From assembly GCA_016722515.1 (NCBI GenBank), contig JADKJE010000001.1, positions 132,189-196,188 of the forward strand: a stretch of 64,000 bases of DNA. The letters are read 5' to 3'. The stretch's first letter is position 1. Each line of letters starts with the position of its first letter. Below, one piece after another: positions 38,827 to 48,185 of this stretch. A program made the translations under genes and the position numbers. Origin of the DNA: Alphaproteobacteria bacterium. GTDB lineage: Bacteria > Pseudomonadota > Alphaproteobacteria > Rickettsiales > JADKJE01. The notes beneath the pieces are model-generated. The model saw only the letters and a list, made by a program, of their open reading frames with translations. It was not told the origin of the DNA and did not search any database.

Positions 38827-40659
38827 ATGAAACGCAGTCCATTTCTTAGTTTATCTAGAGATTACCTTATTTTTGCACTTGCAGTAGGTGTGCTACTTGT
38901 TATTACAGGAATAACAACGGGTGTGGTTATTCAATATGCGAATAAAAATCAACTGTATCAACAATCGATCATCGAATCGAAAAACATCCATCAAAATTTA
39001 GCCAATATTTTTACCAGTACCAATCTCATTATGTCGAATATGGGGCATCAAATCCAAAAGCATGGGACGATTGATTCGTCTTTTATCTATGAACTTTTTC
39101 AGCAAAATTCCCGCGACATCATTAGTGCAAAAGCCGCCTTCTCCTGGTCCCTTTTCGACTGGGTTGACACCCAGAACCGCCAGATTATAAATAGTAAAAC
39201 TGGTATTACTAGCCATCCCAAAGATATGTCAATGCGTGAATACACCACCAAAAGCAGAGCCTTACCGTGGACGCTTCAATTTTCAAAACCAGCCATTGGG
39301 CATCCCAGCAAACAATGGGTTATTCCTGCTGGTACCGGCATTACCGATTATGCAGGAAATTACCTCGGGGTTATCGTAGTGGGATTCAATATTGTGGACC
39401 TGGTTAATAGCATTACCAGAAATCTTATTTATCCTAATATTAGGTATATCGTTATTGATAACCAGGGAAGAGTCGTACTTCAATCTTCCGATAATGCCTT
39501 TTCGCCAACCACTAATTTTTTCAATTTTCTTAGCCCTACTTATTTCGCTAAACCCATGAAAATCCTTAATAAACCTCTCACTATTGCGGGGAACTCCTAT
39601 CTCTATTATGAAAAAATGGAAAATTACCCATTCATTGTCTTAACTGGATTTAAGGAATCGTACTTATTAGAAACCTATACAGCACTTCTTCTTCCAAGGC
39701 TATTAGAGTTGCTGATCTGTGGCTTATTTATTCTGATTCTTCTTTTCCTTTTCTATCGTAAAATTGTGTCGCCTATCCTTATACTTGCCCAACGTGCAGA
39801 TGCCCTATCTCGCGGCAAGACAGATATAGATATCCCACTGATCAAGACCCAAGAGATGTGGAGCTTAACCAAAGCACTTATACGCGTACGCTGGTATATA
39901 AAAACTGAACGCGCTTTAAGGTCACAACTTGAATTGACCAATCAAAAACTAAAACAAATATCTCTTGATAAATCGAATCTGGTCTCCCTTACTAGCCATG
40001 AACTTCGAGGGCCACTTACCGTCGTGGATGCGAATGCACAAATCATCAAGCAACAAATCTATGGTCCTGTCCCCCCCAAATATTTAGAATGTGTTGATGA
40101 CATCCACGAAGCTTCACAAGAATTAACACAGTTTGTCGATGATTTACTGGACGAAATGAAAGCTGAAGCTGGATTCTACCCTATCGAAATTGGACGTGTG
40201 AATATCCACGCAATCATACATAGAGCTATTAAACTTAATATTGGTAGAGCCCATCGTTCTCATATAACGTTCCATGAAGAGTTGGAAGATAATCTTCCTA
40301 GGATAGTTGGTGATGCAAAGCGTATCAGGCAGGTTCTCAATAATCTGATCAGTAATGCTATAAAATATTCTCCTGAGTTTTCCACGGTTACCATCGGATG
40401 TCGATACCTCAAAAACGGGGAAATTGAAATGAGTGTGAGTGATCAAGGTTTTGGCATGACACCAGAAGATATCGAAATCGCTATATCTCCTTATGGTACT
40501 ATCCAAAATCCAAACAGTTCGAAGGTCGAATCGACAGGACTTGGCTTACCCTTGTCTAAAATGATTATTGAGCAGCATGGCGCTGAATTTTTTATAGAAA
40601 GCACCAAATGGAAAGGAACCACTGTCCGAATTATTTTTCCTAAAGACAAAGTATTTTAA
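38827..40659 (+). CDS. sensor histidine kinase with a periplasmic Cache-like sensing domain (no adjacent response regulator)
   Basis: Two TM segments flank a ~270-aa periplasmic region. H-box SHELRGPLTVV, N-box LNNLISNAIKYSP, G-boxes SDQGFGM and GLGLPLS. Confidence 0.9.
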   Translation: MKRSPFLSLSRDYLIFALAVGVLLVITGITTGVVIQYANKNQLYQQSIIESKNIHQNLANIFTSTNLIMSNMGHQIQKHGTIDSSFIYELFQQNSRDIISAKAAFSWSLFDWVDTQNRQIINSKTGITSHPKDMSMREYTTKSRALPWTLQFSKPAIGHPSKQWVIPAGTGITDYAGNYLGVIVVGFNIVDLVNSITRNLIYPNIRYIVIDNQGRVVLQSSDNAFSPTTNFFNFLSPTYFAKPMKILNKPLTIAGNSYLYYEKMENYPFIVLTGFKESYLLETYTALLLPRLLELLICGLFILILLFLFYRKIVSPILILAQRADALSRGKTDIDIPLIKTQEMWSLTKALIRVRWYIKTERALRSQLELTNQKLKQISLDKSNLVSLTSHELRGPLTVVDANAQIIKQQIYGPVPPKYLECVDDIHEASQELTQFVDDLLDEMKAEAGFYPIEIGRVNIHAIIHRAIKLNIGRAHRSHITFHEELEDNLPRIVGDAKRIRQVLNNLISNAIKYSPEFSTVTIGCRYLKNGEIEMSVSDQGFGMTPEDIEIAISPYGTIQNPNSSKVESTGLGLPLSKMIIEQHGAEFFIESTKWKGTTVRIIFPKDKVF

Positions 40660-40676
40660 TCCTAAAATAACCTATT

Positions 40677-40731
40677 CGGTGCTTATGCCTCTGGTAATAA
40701 TTTTAACTGCTCTTTTTAGGTTATTATAACC
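40677..40731 (-). repeat. dispersed intergenic repeat, copy C (core TTTTAACTGCTCTTTTTAGG at 40701-40720 on the plus strand)
   Basis: The reverse complement CCTAAAAAGAGCAGTTAAAATTATTACC matches copy A in 25/28 positions. Located 40 nt downstream of the kinase stop. Confidence 0.5.
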
Positions 40732-40979
40732 TTCCCTATTTCTAATTTACCAAATATGCTGTGCCGCAAATACCGGAGATCTTTGTCGCGGACATCTCTC
40801 GCATTTCGTCTTGAAGCGAATCCATAATCGCTTCAATAGAAAGATAAAGTCGATTTCTCCTATCTTCGTCAATGGGACACCCGTAACAAGACTTTAGAGA
40901 TCAATCAACTTTTTTGACCTGCAGCCAGGTGGTTAAATATGGTTATATCTTTCCCTAATCATGGTAGCGTGAACGAGGC

Positions 40980-41365
40980 ATGAAAGATGGTTTTGAGAGC
41001 TCAATCGCTGAGTTTTGGTTTGTGAATCCTATCCTTATGGGTGATGACAGTCTTATCATCGCAGGACACAGCAGACTATCTGCTGCTCAGCGCCTTGGAC
41101 TTAAAGAAGTTCCCGCCATTATTCTCACATCTCACTGAAAACCAACGTCGTGCATGCATCATCGCCGATAACACAAGAGTCGAGACATCGTACTTGATTG
41201 TTTCGCTGGATCAGGATCGCCCCTCATTGCAGCAGCAAAAACAGGACGCTCTGCACAACTCATGGAACTTGATCCAAAATACTGTGATGTGATCGTTCGC
41301 CGATGGCCGGAATTCACGGGCAGAGATGTAATTCATGAAGAAGAAAAACTGACCTTCGCTAACAC
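40980..41365 (+). pseudogene. remnant of a ParB-like nuclease domain / DNA methyltransferase fusion gene
   Basis: KDGFESSIAEFWFVNPILMGDDSLIIAGHSRLSAAQRLGLKEVPAIIL (ParB-N-like) is followed by a stop and a frameshift (LTENQRRACIIADN in another frame). Next comes the methylase C-terminus RDIVLDCFAGSGSPLIAAAKTGRSAQLMELDPKYCDVIVRRWPEFTG. The catalytic core is missing. Confidence 0.6.
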
Positions 41366-41961
41366 ATACAAAAAATGCGCCAATCTCCCATTTAACTTTC
41401 GGTTGAAAATAATCCCTTGTTTACAACTTTATACCATGGTATACAATTTCCCCTCTGTGGGAAATAGCCATTAATTCGCATTCGGTGTTTATGAGAAAAT
41501 TGGGACAAGAATTGCTAAGAAAATTACATCATTCTCTTGTATTGCTGCTGTCTGCGCTACTGGTTCTGCAGCCGATTTTAGCCCCCATCGTCTACGCACA
41601 AACGGTGATTACGCCAGACACCGCCGCGCCCATAGCCAATCAACCCACGGTTGCAGAATCTCTTAATCACACACCCGTCGAAAACATTGCCACACCTAAT
41701 GGAGGCGGAGTTTCTCACAATAAGCTTGGGGAACTACAAGTTGGTAACGAGGGGTTGATTGTTAATAATTCAGCCAGTTCAGGAATATCAACGATTGGTA
41801 GCATTGTGGTCGGCAATGGCAACCTTACTTCCGGTAATGAAGCACGCATTATTATTAATGAAGTAACCGGAACGAATCCATCTTCCTTGCAAGGCCCAAC
41901 GGAAATCTTTGGCAGAGAAGCCGAGTATGTCGTGGCTAACCCCAACGGTATCAGCTGCAAT
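41221..41961 (+). repeat. direct repeat copy 1 (741 bp): methylase 3' remnant + promoter region + 5' 477 nt of a TPS-domain gene
   Basis: Nearly identical to 44457-45199 (a few substitutions and two 1-nt indels seen by eye). Identity ends after ...ATCAGCTGCAAT. Confidence 0.9.
41420..41447 (+). promoter_or_regulatory. promoter candidate TTTACA-16 nt-TACAAT overlapping the 12-bp palindrome ATACCATGGTAT
   Basis: Located 38 nt upstream of the TPS ORF start. Duplicated at 44658-44685, where the -35 reads TTTCCA. Confidence 0.35.
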
Positions 41962-41964
41962 TAA
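41485..41964 (+). pseudogene. truncated two-partner-secretion (haemagglutination activity/TPS) domain, CdiA/FhaB-like, copy 1
   Basis: Signal-like N-terminus, then NGGGVSHNKLGELQVGNEGLIVNN...ARIIINEVTGTNPSSLQGPTEIFGREAEYVVANPNGISCN. The ORF stops where the repeat ends and the downstream coding frame differs. Confidence 0.8.
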
Positions 41965-43816
41965 CAGTTACGCCGAATCGCATAAGATGAACAGCATTGG
42001 CGTATCGGTTGGTATTCAAGAAGGCTTTATGGGTTTGATAGATTCGCTAAAGGGCATCTGCGATAAAGGTTCTGGCAGTTATGCTGGTATCCAAACGGCG
42101 GCGGATGCGTATAAGTGAGCCTCGCAATTGACTTCGATCTATAATGCCAGCAGTGGTTTTACCGATCCTTCTAAATTACTGCCCAGCATTTCCCTTACCC
42201 TGGGAATATCCACCAGTTCGTCTAAATATCAAACGAGCGGCAGCAATTATACGCAAACCAATATCACTGCCGGCCATGATTTTATCAGCCATAGCGGTAA
42301 GGACACCAACGTAAAGGGAGCTAATATCCTGGCGCAGAATGTGAACATGGATGTAGGGCAAAACCTTACCGTAAAATCGGTACAAGACACTCAGGAAACC
42401 AGCCAGAGCAGTCATAGCGGTGGGTTGAGTGTGGGTATTAGTTATGGCGTGACCGGTATGTCGGGAACGTTTGGTGCTAATGCCTCTGCCAGCAGTGGCG
42501 AGGGGCATCGCACATGGACAGACCATGTCACTTCGATTATCGGTACCGATTCTGTTGCTATCAACACCGATGGTAAAACAACCCTCACCGGTGCGCTCAT
42601 CGCCCAAGCTACTCCCCAGGAAGACGGCACTTACATCGACGGAGGCAATCTCACCATCAACACCGGCTCACTGGCAGTGAGTGATTTGACCGATGAAGAT
42701 ATCTGGAATTCCAGCGGTGCTGGAATAGCGGTAGGTTTCGGCGGTCAAGTAGGGCAACCTGTGTTTGGTTCCGGCTCGAACCTCTCTTCTTCTTACACCC
42801 CATCACTGCAAATTGCCCAAGACACCACCATCGGCGTAACCCACGCGACGATTGGCAGTGGCACGATTTACATCGGCAACCAAACAGCTAGCGATGTTCA
42901 ACTAAAAGGCGTTAATCGTGATATCAACAAGACGCAGGAAATCCTGGTCGATGAGCATGACCATCTGGATATTGAAGTTCCGCTGGATGGGTGGAAAAAT
43001 ATTAAGGCAGCAGCAGAAGATATCAAAAATAAATTAGATAAAATATTCAGTGGCGATATAAACAATGACTATGAACAATATCTCCATGACCAAAAAGAAA
43101 AATATGCTGATGCCTATGGCGAAGATAATGCTGAAAAAGGGGTTGCTTTAGGTAACCAATTGATAGCCAGTGTTCAAAGTGGCGGCTGCCCTGTTGCCTT
43201 TAACCTAGAATCTTTTCATTTGAGGAACTTGTTTATTTCTGAAGCATATGCAGATGAGGCAGTTATGGCCTCACTCAGCCTATGCTTAGCAGGTATCGCA
43301 GCACCGGAAATTGTGGTTGCAATCGGAATTGGTGTTGCCTTGGGTGCTTTGGGTGCGGCTTTATGGAATGGACTTGACCGGGCTCAAAAAGCACTTCTCT
43401 ATAAGTATGGTTACGTGTATAAAGACGGTGAACTTAAAGATAAAACTGGAAAGGTGATTTTTTCAACTGGAGGGGCAACAGCGGCTGCTGGGTCACCTAA
43501 ATGTGATCCAGATGATTGTGATTTGAATGATCCTAAATACGATAAAGATGGTAATTTATTTGGATCCAACGGTCAAAAACTCGATGGTTCGAAATCATTT
43601 TACCTTAAAAGCGGAGAACGAATCGATATTGAAAATTTTGAGCCGGGAAAAAAACCTGGTCAAATACATACGGAATATGAAGGAACAAAATATATTTATA
43701 ATATTAATACAGAAGAATGGGCATCACAAAGCGGAGATCTGCTAAATAAGACAACAACTAATATATTGAATAATTCAAACGCCCTTGCTAAAGCTTTAAA
43801 ATATATGGGGTATTAA
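41909..43816 (+). pseudogene. CdiA-like C-terminal region: FHA-2-type Ser/Gly beta-helix repeats, glycine-zipper hydrophobic segment and a C-terminal toxin candidate of unknown family
   Basis: ORFs 41909-42118 and 42128-43816 share one frame, separated by a TGA at 42116-42118. Repeats such as SSHSGGLSVGISYGVTGMSGTFGANASASSG. Also GVNRDINKTQEILVDEHDHLDIEV, then AVMASLSLCLAGIAAPEIVVAIGIGVALGALGAALW, then a ~150-aa polar tip. Confidence 0.65.
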
Positions 43817-44434
43817 ATGAAGCCTAATATTAATCTATATAAGAATGATAAATTTATTCATCTAATAAAAAAATGGGATGTTAGAGAGAACTTAGTCAAA
43901 GAAACCGTACTATGCCCTAAACTTCAAAATCTATTAGATGAAGGATTCAATTACGAAGACGGAACTGTTACCTTCAAGAAGTTAAAAGATCATACCTTTA
44001 ATAAAAAATATGATACTGATAGGACTGAGTATGAAGCAAGAATAAATCGAATTGCTATACTAGATTATATTAACGGATATCGAATAGGACCTATCGACAA
44101 TAAAACCATACTCATTGATCAATATTCTTTATGTCAGACAATGAAATTTTGTGTTGAGGTTATAAGATCCTTGAAAATTTTAGAAAATATAAATAAAGTT
44201 TTACTTTCGGTTGGAGTTGATGAAGGTGAAGATATATTCTCGGGTGAAGATGAGGATTCAGTGGTAATTCCTTCGTGTACATTTAGATTTTATCTAATGA
44301 GGGACACTGAAGTAGATTGCATAAGTTATTGGCGCATGGATGAATATATAGATGCAGCGATAGCCATTGTAATAAACAATATTATCGATGCGGATCCTAT
44401 GTATTTTTTAGAAAAATTAGCAGAAAAAAAATAA
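43817..44434 (+). CDS. putative cognate immunity protein (205 aa, unknown family)
   Basis: The ATG directly abuts the toxin-gene TAA (TAAATG). Very AT-rich. The assignment rests on position only. Confidence 0.5.
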   Translation: MKPNINLYKNDKFIHLIKKWDVRENLVKETVLCPKLQNLLDEGFNYEDGTVTFKKLKDHTFNKKYDTDRTEYEARINRIAILDYINGYRIGPIDNKTILIDQYSLCQTMKFCVEVIRSLKILENINKVLLSVGVDEGEDIFSGEDEDSVVIPSCTFRFYLMRDTEVDCISYWRMDEYIDAAIAIVINNIIDADPMYFLEKLAEKK

Positions 44435-44456
44435 ACAATCCTGGGTTAATGCCCCC

Positions 44457-45199
44457 CCCTCATTGCAGCAGCAAAAACAGGACGCTCTGCACAACTCATG
44501 GAACTTGATCCAAAATACTGTGATGTGGATCGTTCGCCGATGGCCGGAATTCACGGGCAGAGATGTAATTCATGAAGAAGAAAAACTGACCTTCGCTAAC
44601 TTACATACAAAAATGCGCCAATCTCCCATTTAACTTTCGGTTGAAAATAATCCCTTGTTTCCAACTTTATACCATGGTATACAATTTCCCCTCTGTGGGA
44701 AATAGCCATTAATTCGCATTCGGTGTTTATGAGAAAATTGGGTCAAGAATTGCTAAAAAAATTACATCATTCTCTTGTATTGCTGCTGTCTGCGCTACTG
44801 GTTCTGCAGCCGATGTTAGCCCCCATCGTCTACGCACAAACGGTGATTACGCCAGACACCGCCGCGCCCATAGCCAATCAACCCACGGTTGCAGAATCTC
44901 TTAATCATACACCCGTGGAAAATATTGCCACACCTAATGGAGGCGGAGTTTCTCACAATAAGCTTGGGGAACTACAAGTTGGTAACGAGGGGTTGATTGT
45001 TAATAATTCAGCCAGTTCAGGAATATCAACGATTGGTAGCATTGTGGTCGGCAATGGCAACCTTACTTCCGGTAATGAAGCACGCATTATTATTAATGAA
45101 GTAACCGGAACGAATCCATCTTCCTTGCAAGGCCCAACGGAAATCTTTGGCAGAGAAGCCGAGTATGTCGTGGCTAACCCCAACGGTATCAGCTGCAAT
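44457..45199 (+). repeat. direct repeat copy 2 (743 bp)
   Basis: See copy 1. The left boundary sits at a C8 tract (44452-44459), 22 nt after the preceding ORF stop. Confidence 0.9.
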
Positions 45200-46574
45200 G
45201 GCTGTGGATTTTTCAACACGCCTAAAGTCACGTTAGCTACCAGAGTGCCCCATATGGATGGTGCGGGCAATATAGACCATATCACCGTTGATAAAGGCAA
45301 CATCCTGATTGAAGGCAACGGCGTTGATGCCAGCCAGACCGACTCCTTTGATATCATCGCCCGTGCTACACAAATTCACGCAGCCATTTATGGCGGTAAT
45401 ACAGTGCGCGTCACGACAGGGCGCAACCAAGTCAATTATCAAACGGGTGTAGCCACTCCACTTGCTGCCACACCGGAATCAGAGGTTAGCAAATCAATGC
45501 CACGTCGTTTGCGGTCCAATATGAAGGCCAGGAGGGAGAAAATCTCAGCCAATCCATTGACCGTCTCAAACAACAACCCGGCTTGCAGTGGCTGGGACAA
45601 CTCCAACAACAAAATAATGTAGGCTGGGAAAGGGTCGATCCTGTGTATCAGGAATGGTACCACAAAACCACCGGCCTTTCAGCACCTGCTGCTGCCGTCA
45701 TTGCCATTGCTGTAGCCGCAGCAACAGGTGGTATGAGCGCTCCCATAGTCGGTGCAGCAGAAGGATCGGCATCAGCCTTTATGGCCAATGCTGCGTTCAG
45801 TACATTGGTCACACAAGCAAGCATTGCGTTGATCAACAATCAAGGCAATATCCTGGGTGCACTGGAAGACATGACAAATTTGTGAGTGATAATACGCCTG
45901 GTTTTGTTAAGAAAGGGCTGGGTGCTGTCTCTGATTTTTATGCGGAGGGTGTTCAATCCGAAATCATGGGTGTTGATCTCGGCCTGCGCTTAACACTCGG
46001 CAATGAGCAAGTGGATGCATTCTATGACTCGATAGGTGCTCAAAAGGATGCAGCTGGGGCATGGTTGTATGACCAATTTACACCAGATCAACTCCACGCT
46101 ATTGTTGGGTTTGGTTCTGTGTTTTTACCTGCACTTGCTCCAGAAAGATCAGTCGCAGGTGCAGCGGCAGCAACAGACAGTTTAGTATTGAAGTCCGAGA
46201 TCGGTGCTGCGGTAAGTGGGTTTGCCGATAAAGCTGCGACGCTTGCAGCAAACAAAGCGAATGGTTCTGCATTTGAGGCGTCCATATATCAAGGAGCTAA
46301 AGAAGAAATGCCTAATGCTGTCCAACAAATAACAGTTCAAACTCCAGGAGGCTATAAAACAAGAATTGATATTATGGGTGTCAATTCCGAAGGAAATGTT
46401 GTATGTATAGAGTGTAAATCTTCATTAACAGCTCCTTTGACAGGAAACCAGAAATTAGCTTTTCCAGAAATTGAAAAATTGGGGGAGTTGTTCAAGGTAG
46501 TGGTAAAGAGCCATTTACTGGTGGGTATGTTGTTCCGCCAACATCTGTACAAATTATTAGGCCTTAATTGTTAA
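44723..46574 (+). pseudogene. CdiA-like mini-gene copy 2: TPS domain + DUF637-like conserved region + PD-(D/E)xK nuclease-type toxin tip, broken by at least three -1 frame changes
   Basis: Frame A (44723-45622) carries the full TPS domain (...ANPNGISCNGCGFFNTPKVTLATR...). Frame B (open from ~45487) reads SIDRLKQQPGLQWLGQL...GLSAPAAAVIAIAVAAATGG...ALINNQGNILGAL. Frame C (to 46574) contains ...GGYKTRIDIMGVNSEGNVVCIECKSSLTAPLTGNQKLAFPEIEK. After the G5 tract at 46481-46485 a better-looking tail (GGVVQGSGKEPFTGGYVVPPTSVQIIRP*) lies in another frame and ends at 46567. Confidence 0.75.
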
Positions 46575-46593
46575 ATGTGGACCAAACAATTTT

Positions 46594-46923
46594 ATGTCAG
46601 TATCTGATATCAGAAAAATAGATATGATAGGAACAAGCCAAGAAAGTCAACGGGTTGTGTTGACAATTTCTGACCATTTAGAATGGGAAAACGACATTAA
46701 TACTCATCTATTTATACTCCAAGAGAAAATTAATACATACTTGGGATTTATTGAAAGCAATGAAATATATAAAACTTTTCCAGATTCAATAAATAGAGAT
46801 ATTGAAATCAGGATTTATTTTAAGTGTGCCCCCCCACCAAGTACATCTAATTTCTTTAGAAAAATAGAGGAAATTTTGAGTATCAAGAAAATATTTCTAC
46901 AGATAATTGATGCCAAGATTTAA
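46594..46923 (+). CDS. putative immunity protein (DUF6572-like)
   Basis: 109 aa directly downstream of the toxin tip. VVLTISDHLEWENDINTHLFILQEKINTYLGFIESNEIYKTFP matches my recollection of the DUF6572 immunity-type family (..L.isDhl.W.....Hl..LqeKin.Yl.fies.e). Unverified. Confidence 0.6.
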   Translation: MSVSDIRKIDMIGTSQESQRVVLTISDHLEWENDINTHLFILQEKINTYLGFIESNEIYKTFPDSINRDIEIRIYFKCAPPPSTSNFFRKIEEILSIKKIFLQIIDAKI

Positions 46924-47048
46924 GTGTAACGTAGGCTACGACCTCTAAAATAGTAAGAATACGAGACAAACCACAGTGGTTGTTATGAGTGATTCTGGTA
47001 AGTTCATAACAACGTATGGCAGTGACGTGCTCCCAATTGTTGTACCAG

Positions 47049-47939
47049 TTAGAAGTAGAGTCTTGAGTTCTTTATAACTGCTTTTGGTTTCGCGATCAAC
47101 ACCGCATTGGGTATGCCCAATGCGGTGTTGATCGCGGCGAATTGTGCGGGTGTCTGGTAATCCAGGCTGGAATGGGGGCGCACATGGTTATAATCCTGCC
47201 TCCATTCTTCAATAATTACCCGTGCCTCCCGCAAACTCGTGAACCAATGTTCATTTAAACATTCATCTCTGATCCTCCCATTTAAACTTTCTGTAAAACC
47301 ATTCTCTGAAGGCTTTCCAGGACGGATATAGTGCCATTTGATCCCATGATGCTCTGCCCACATTAACACCGCTTTGCTGGTCAATTCTGTACCATTATCA
47401 CTGATGATTGTCCCCGGCTTTCCATATCGCTTAATCAGAACGTCAAGTTCACGTACGACGCGGTGACCACCAATCGACAGGTCTGCAACGAGGTTAAGGC
47501 ATTGGCGGCTATAGTGATCCATAATCCCAAGGATACGGAATCTTCTGCCATCTGCTAAAGCATCACTCATAAAATCAAGTGACCACACTTCGTGCAATCG
47601 GCGAGAGCATGGCAAGGGAACGCGGCTTCCCAATGCGCGTTTCCTGCCCTTGCGACGTTTAACAGATAAATTTTCTTCTCGGTATAATCGGTAAACTTTC
47701 TTCAAATTGATAACATAACCTTCTCGTTTCAATAAAATAGCCAAACGACGGTAACCAAAACGGCAACGCTCGTGCGCAAGTTTCTTTAGGACAGCACGCA
47801 GCTCACTATCATCATGCTTCCGCTTATGACGGTGGGTGCTGCGAGCAAATCTAATAGCCTGCAAACGCGACGCTCTGATAAACCTTTCGTTTGGCAGATA
47901 TCTTCTACCAACAAACGCCGAGATGCAGGCTTTTACCAC
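47049..47939 (-). CDS. IS3-family transposase OrfB (DDE integrase core)
   Basis: Motifs [32 protein letters not shown] and [11 protein letters not shown]. Confidence 0.85.
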   Translation of the reverse strand: MVKACISAFVGRRYLPNERFIRASRLQAIRFARSTHRHKRKHDDSELRAVLKKLAHERCRFGYRRLAILLKREGYVINLKKVYRLYREENLSVKRRKGRKRALGSRVPLPCSRRLHEVWSLDFMSDALADGRRFRILGIMDHYSRQCLNLVADLSIGGHRVVRELDVLIKRYGKPGTIISDNGTELTSKAVLMWAEHHGIKWHYIRPGKPSENGFTESLNGRIRDECLNEHWFTSLREARVIIEEWRQDYNHVRPHSSLDYQTPAQFAAINTALGIPNAVLIAKPKAVIKNSRLYF

Positions 47940-47972
47940 TTTTTGACAGGGCTTCCTTCAATATCGCTTTGT

Positions 47973-48185
47973 CTAATTCAAAAGCTTCTTCAAACGACGG
48001 TTCTCTTCATCAAGCGCCTTCAATCTGCTTGCTTCCGATACACCAAGCCCACCGTACTTCGATTTCCATTTATAAAATGTTGCTGAACTTATCCCATATT
48101 TCCGGCATAAATCTCCTGTTCCAGTACCGCTTTCATGCTCATGAAGTATGCGAATGATTTGATCTTCCGTGTAACGCTTTTTCAT
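47973..48185 (-). CDS. IS3-family transposase OrfA (HTH + leucine zipper)
   Basis: MKKRYTEDQIIRILHEHESGTGTGDLCRKYGISSATFYKWKSKYGG...LKALDEENRRLKKLL. Confidence 0.85.
   Translation of the reverse strand: MKKRYTEDQIIRILHEHESGTGTGDLCRKYGISSATFYKWKSKYGGLGVSEASRLKALDEENRRLKKLLN

Noticed and set aside
43660-43816. Resemblance of the toxin-1 tail (KYIYNINTEEWASQSGDLL) to the colicin E3 rRNase motif (KIYEWDSQHGELE)
   Set aside because: It is a short, gapped similarity, and the catalytic His of the E3 motif is missing. That is not enough to assign a family.
41715-45357. Minus-strand ORFs 41715-41960 and 44953-45357 inside the TPS repeats
   Set aside because: They are duplicated only because the repeat is duplicated. 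The plus-strand frame carries the clear TPS motifs (NPNGI, INEVTG).
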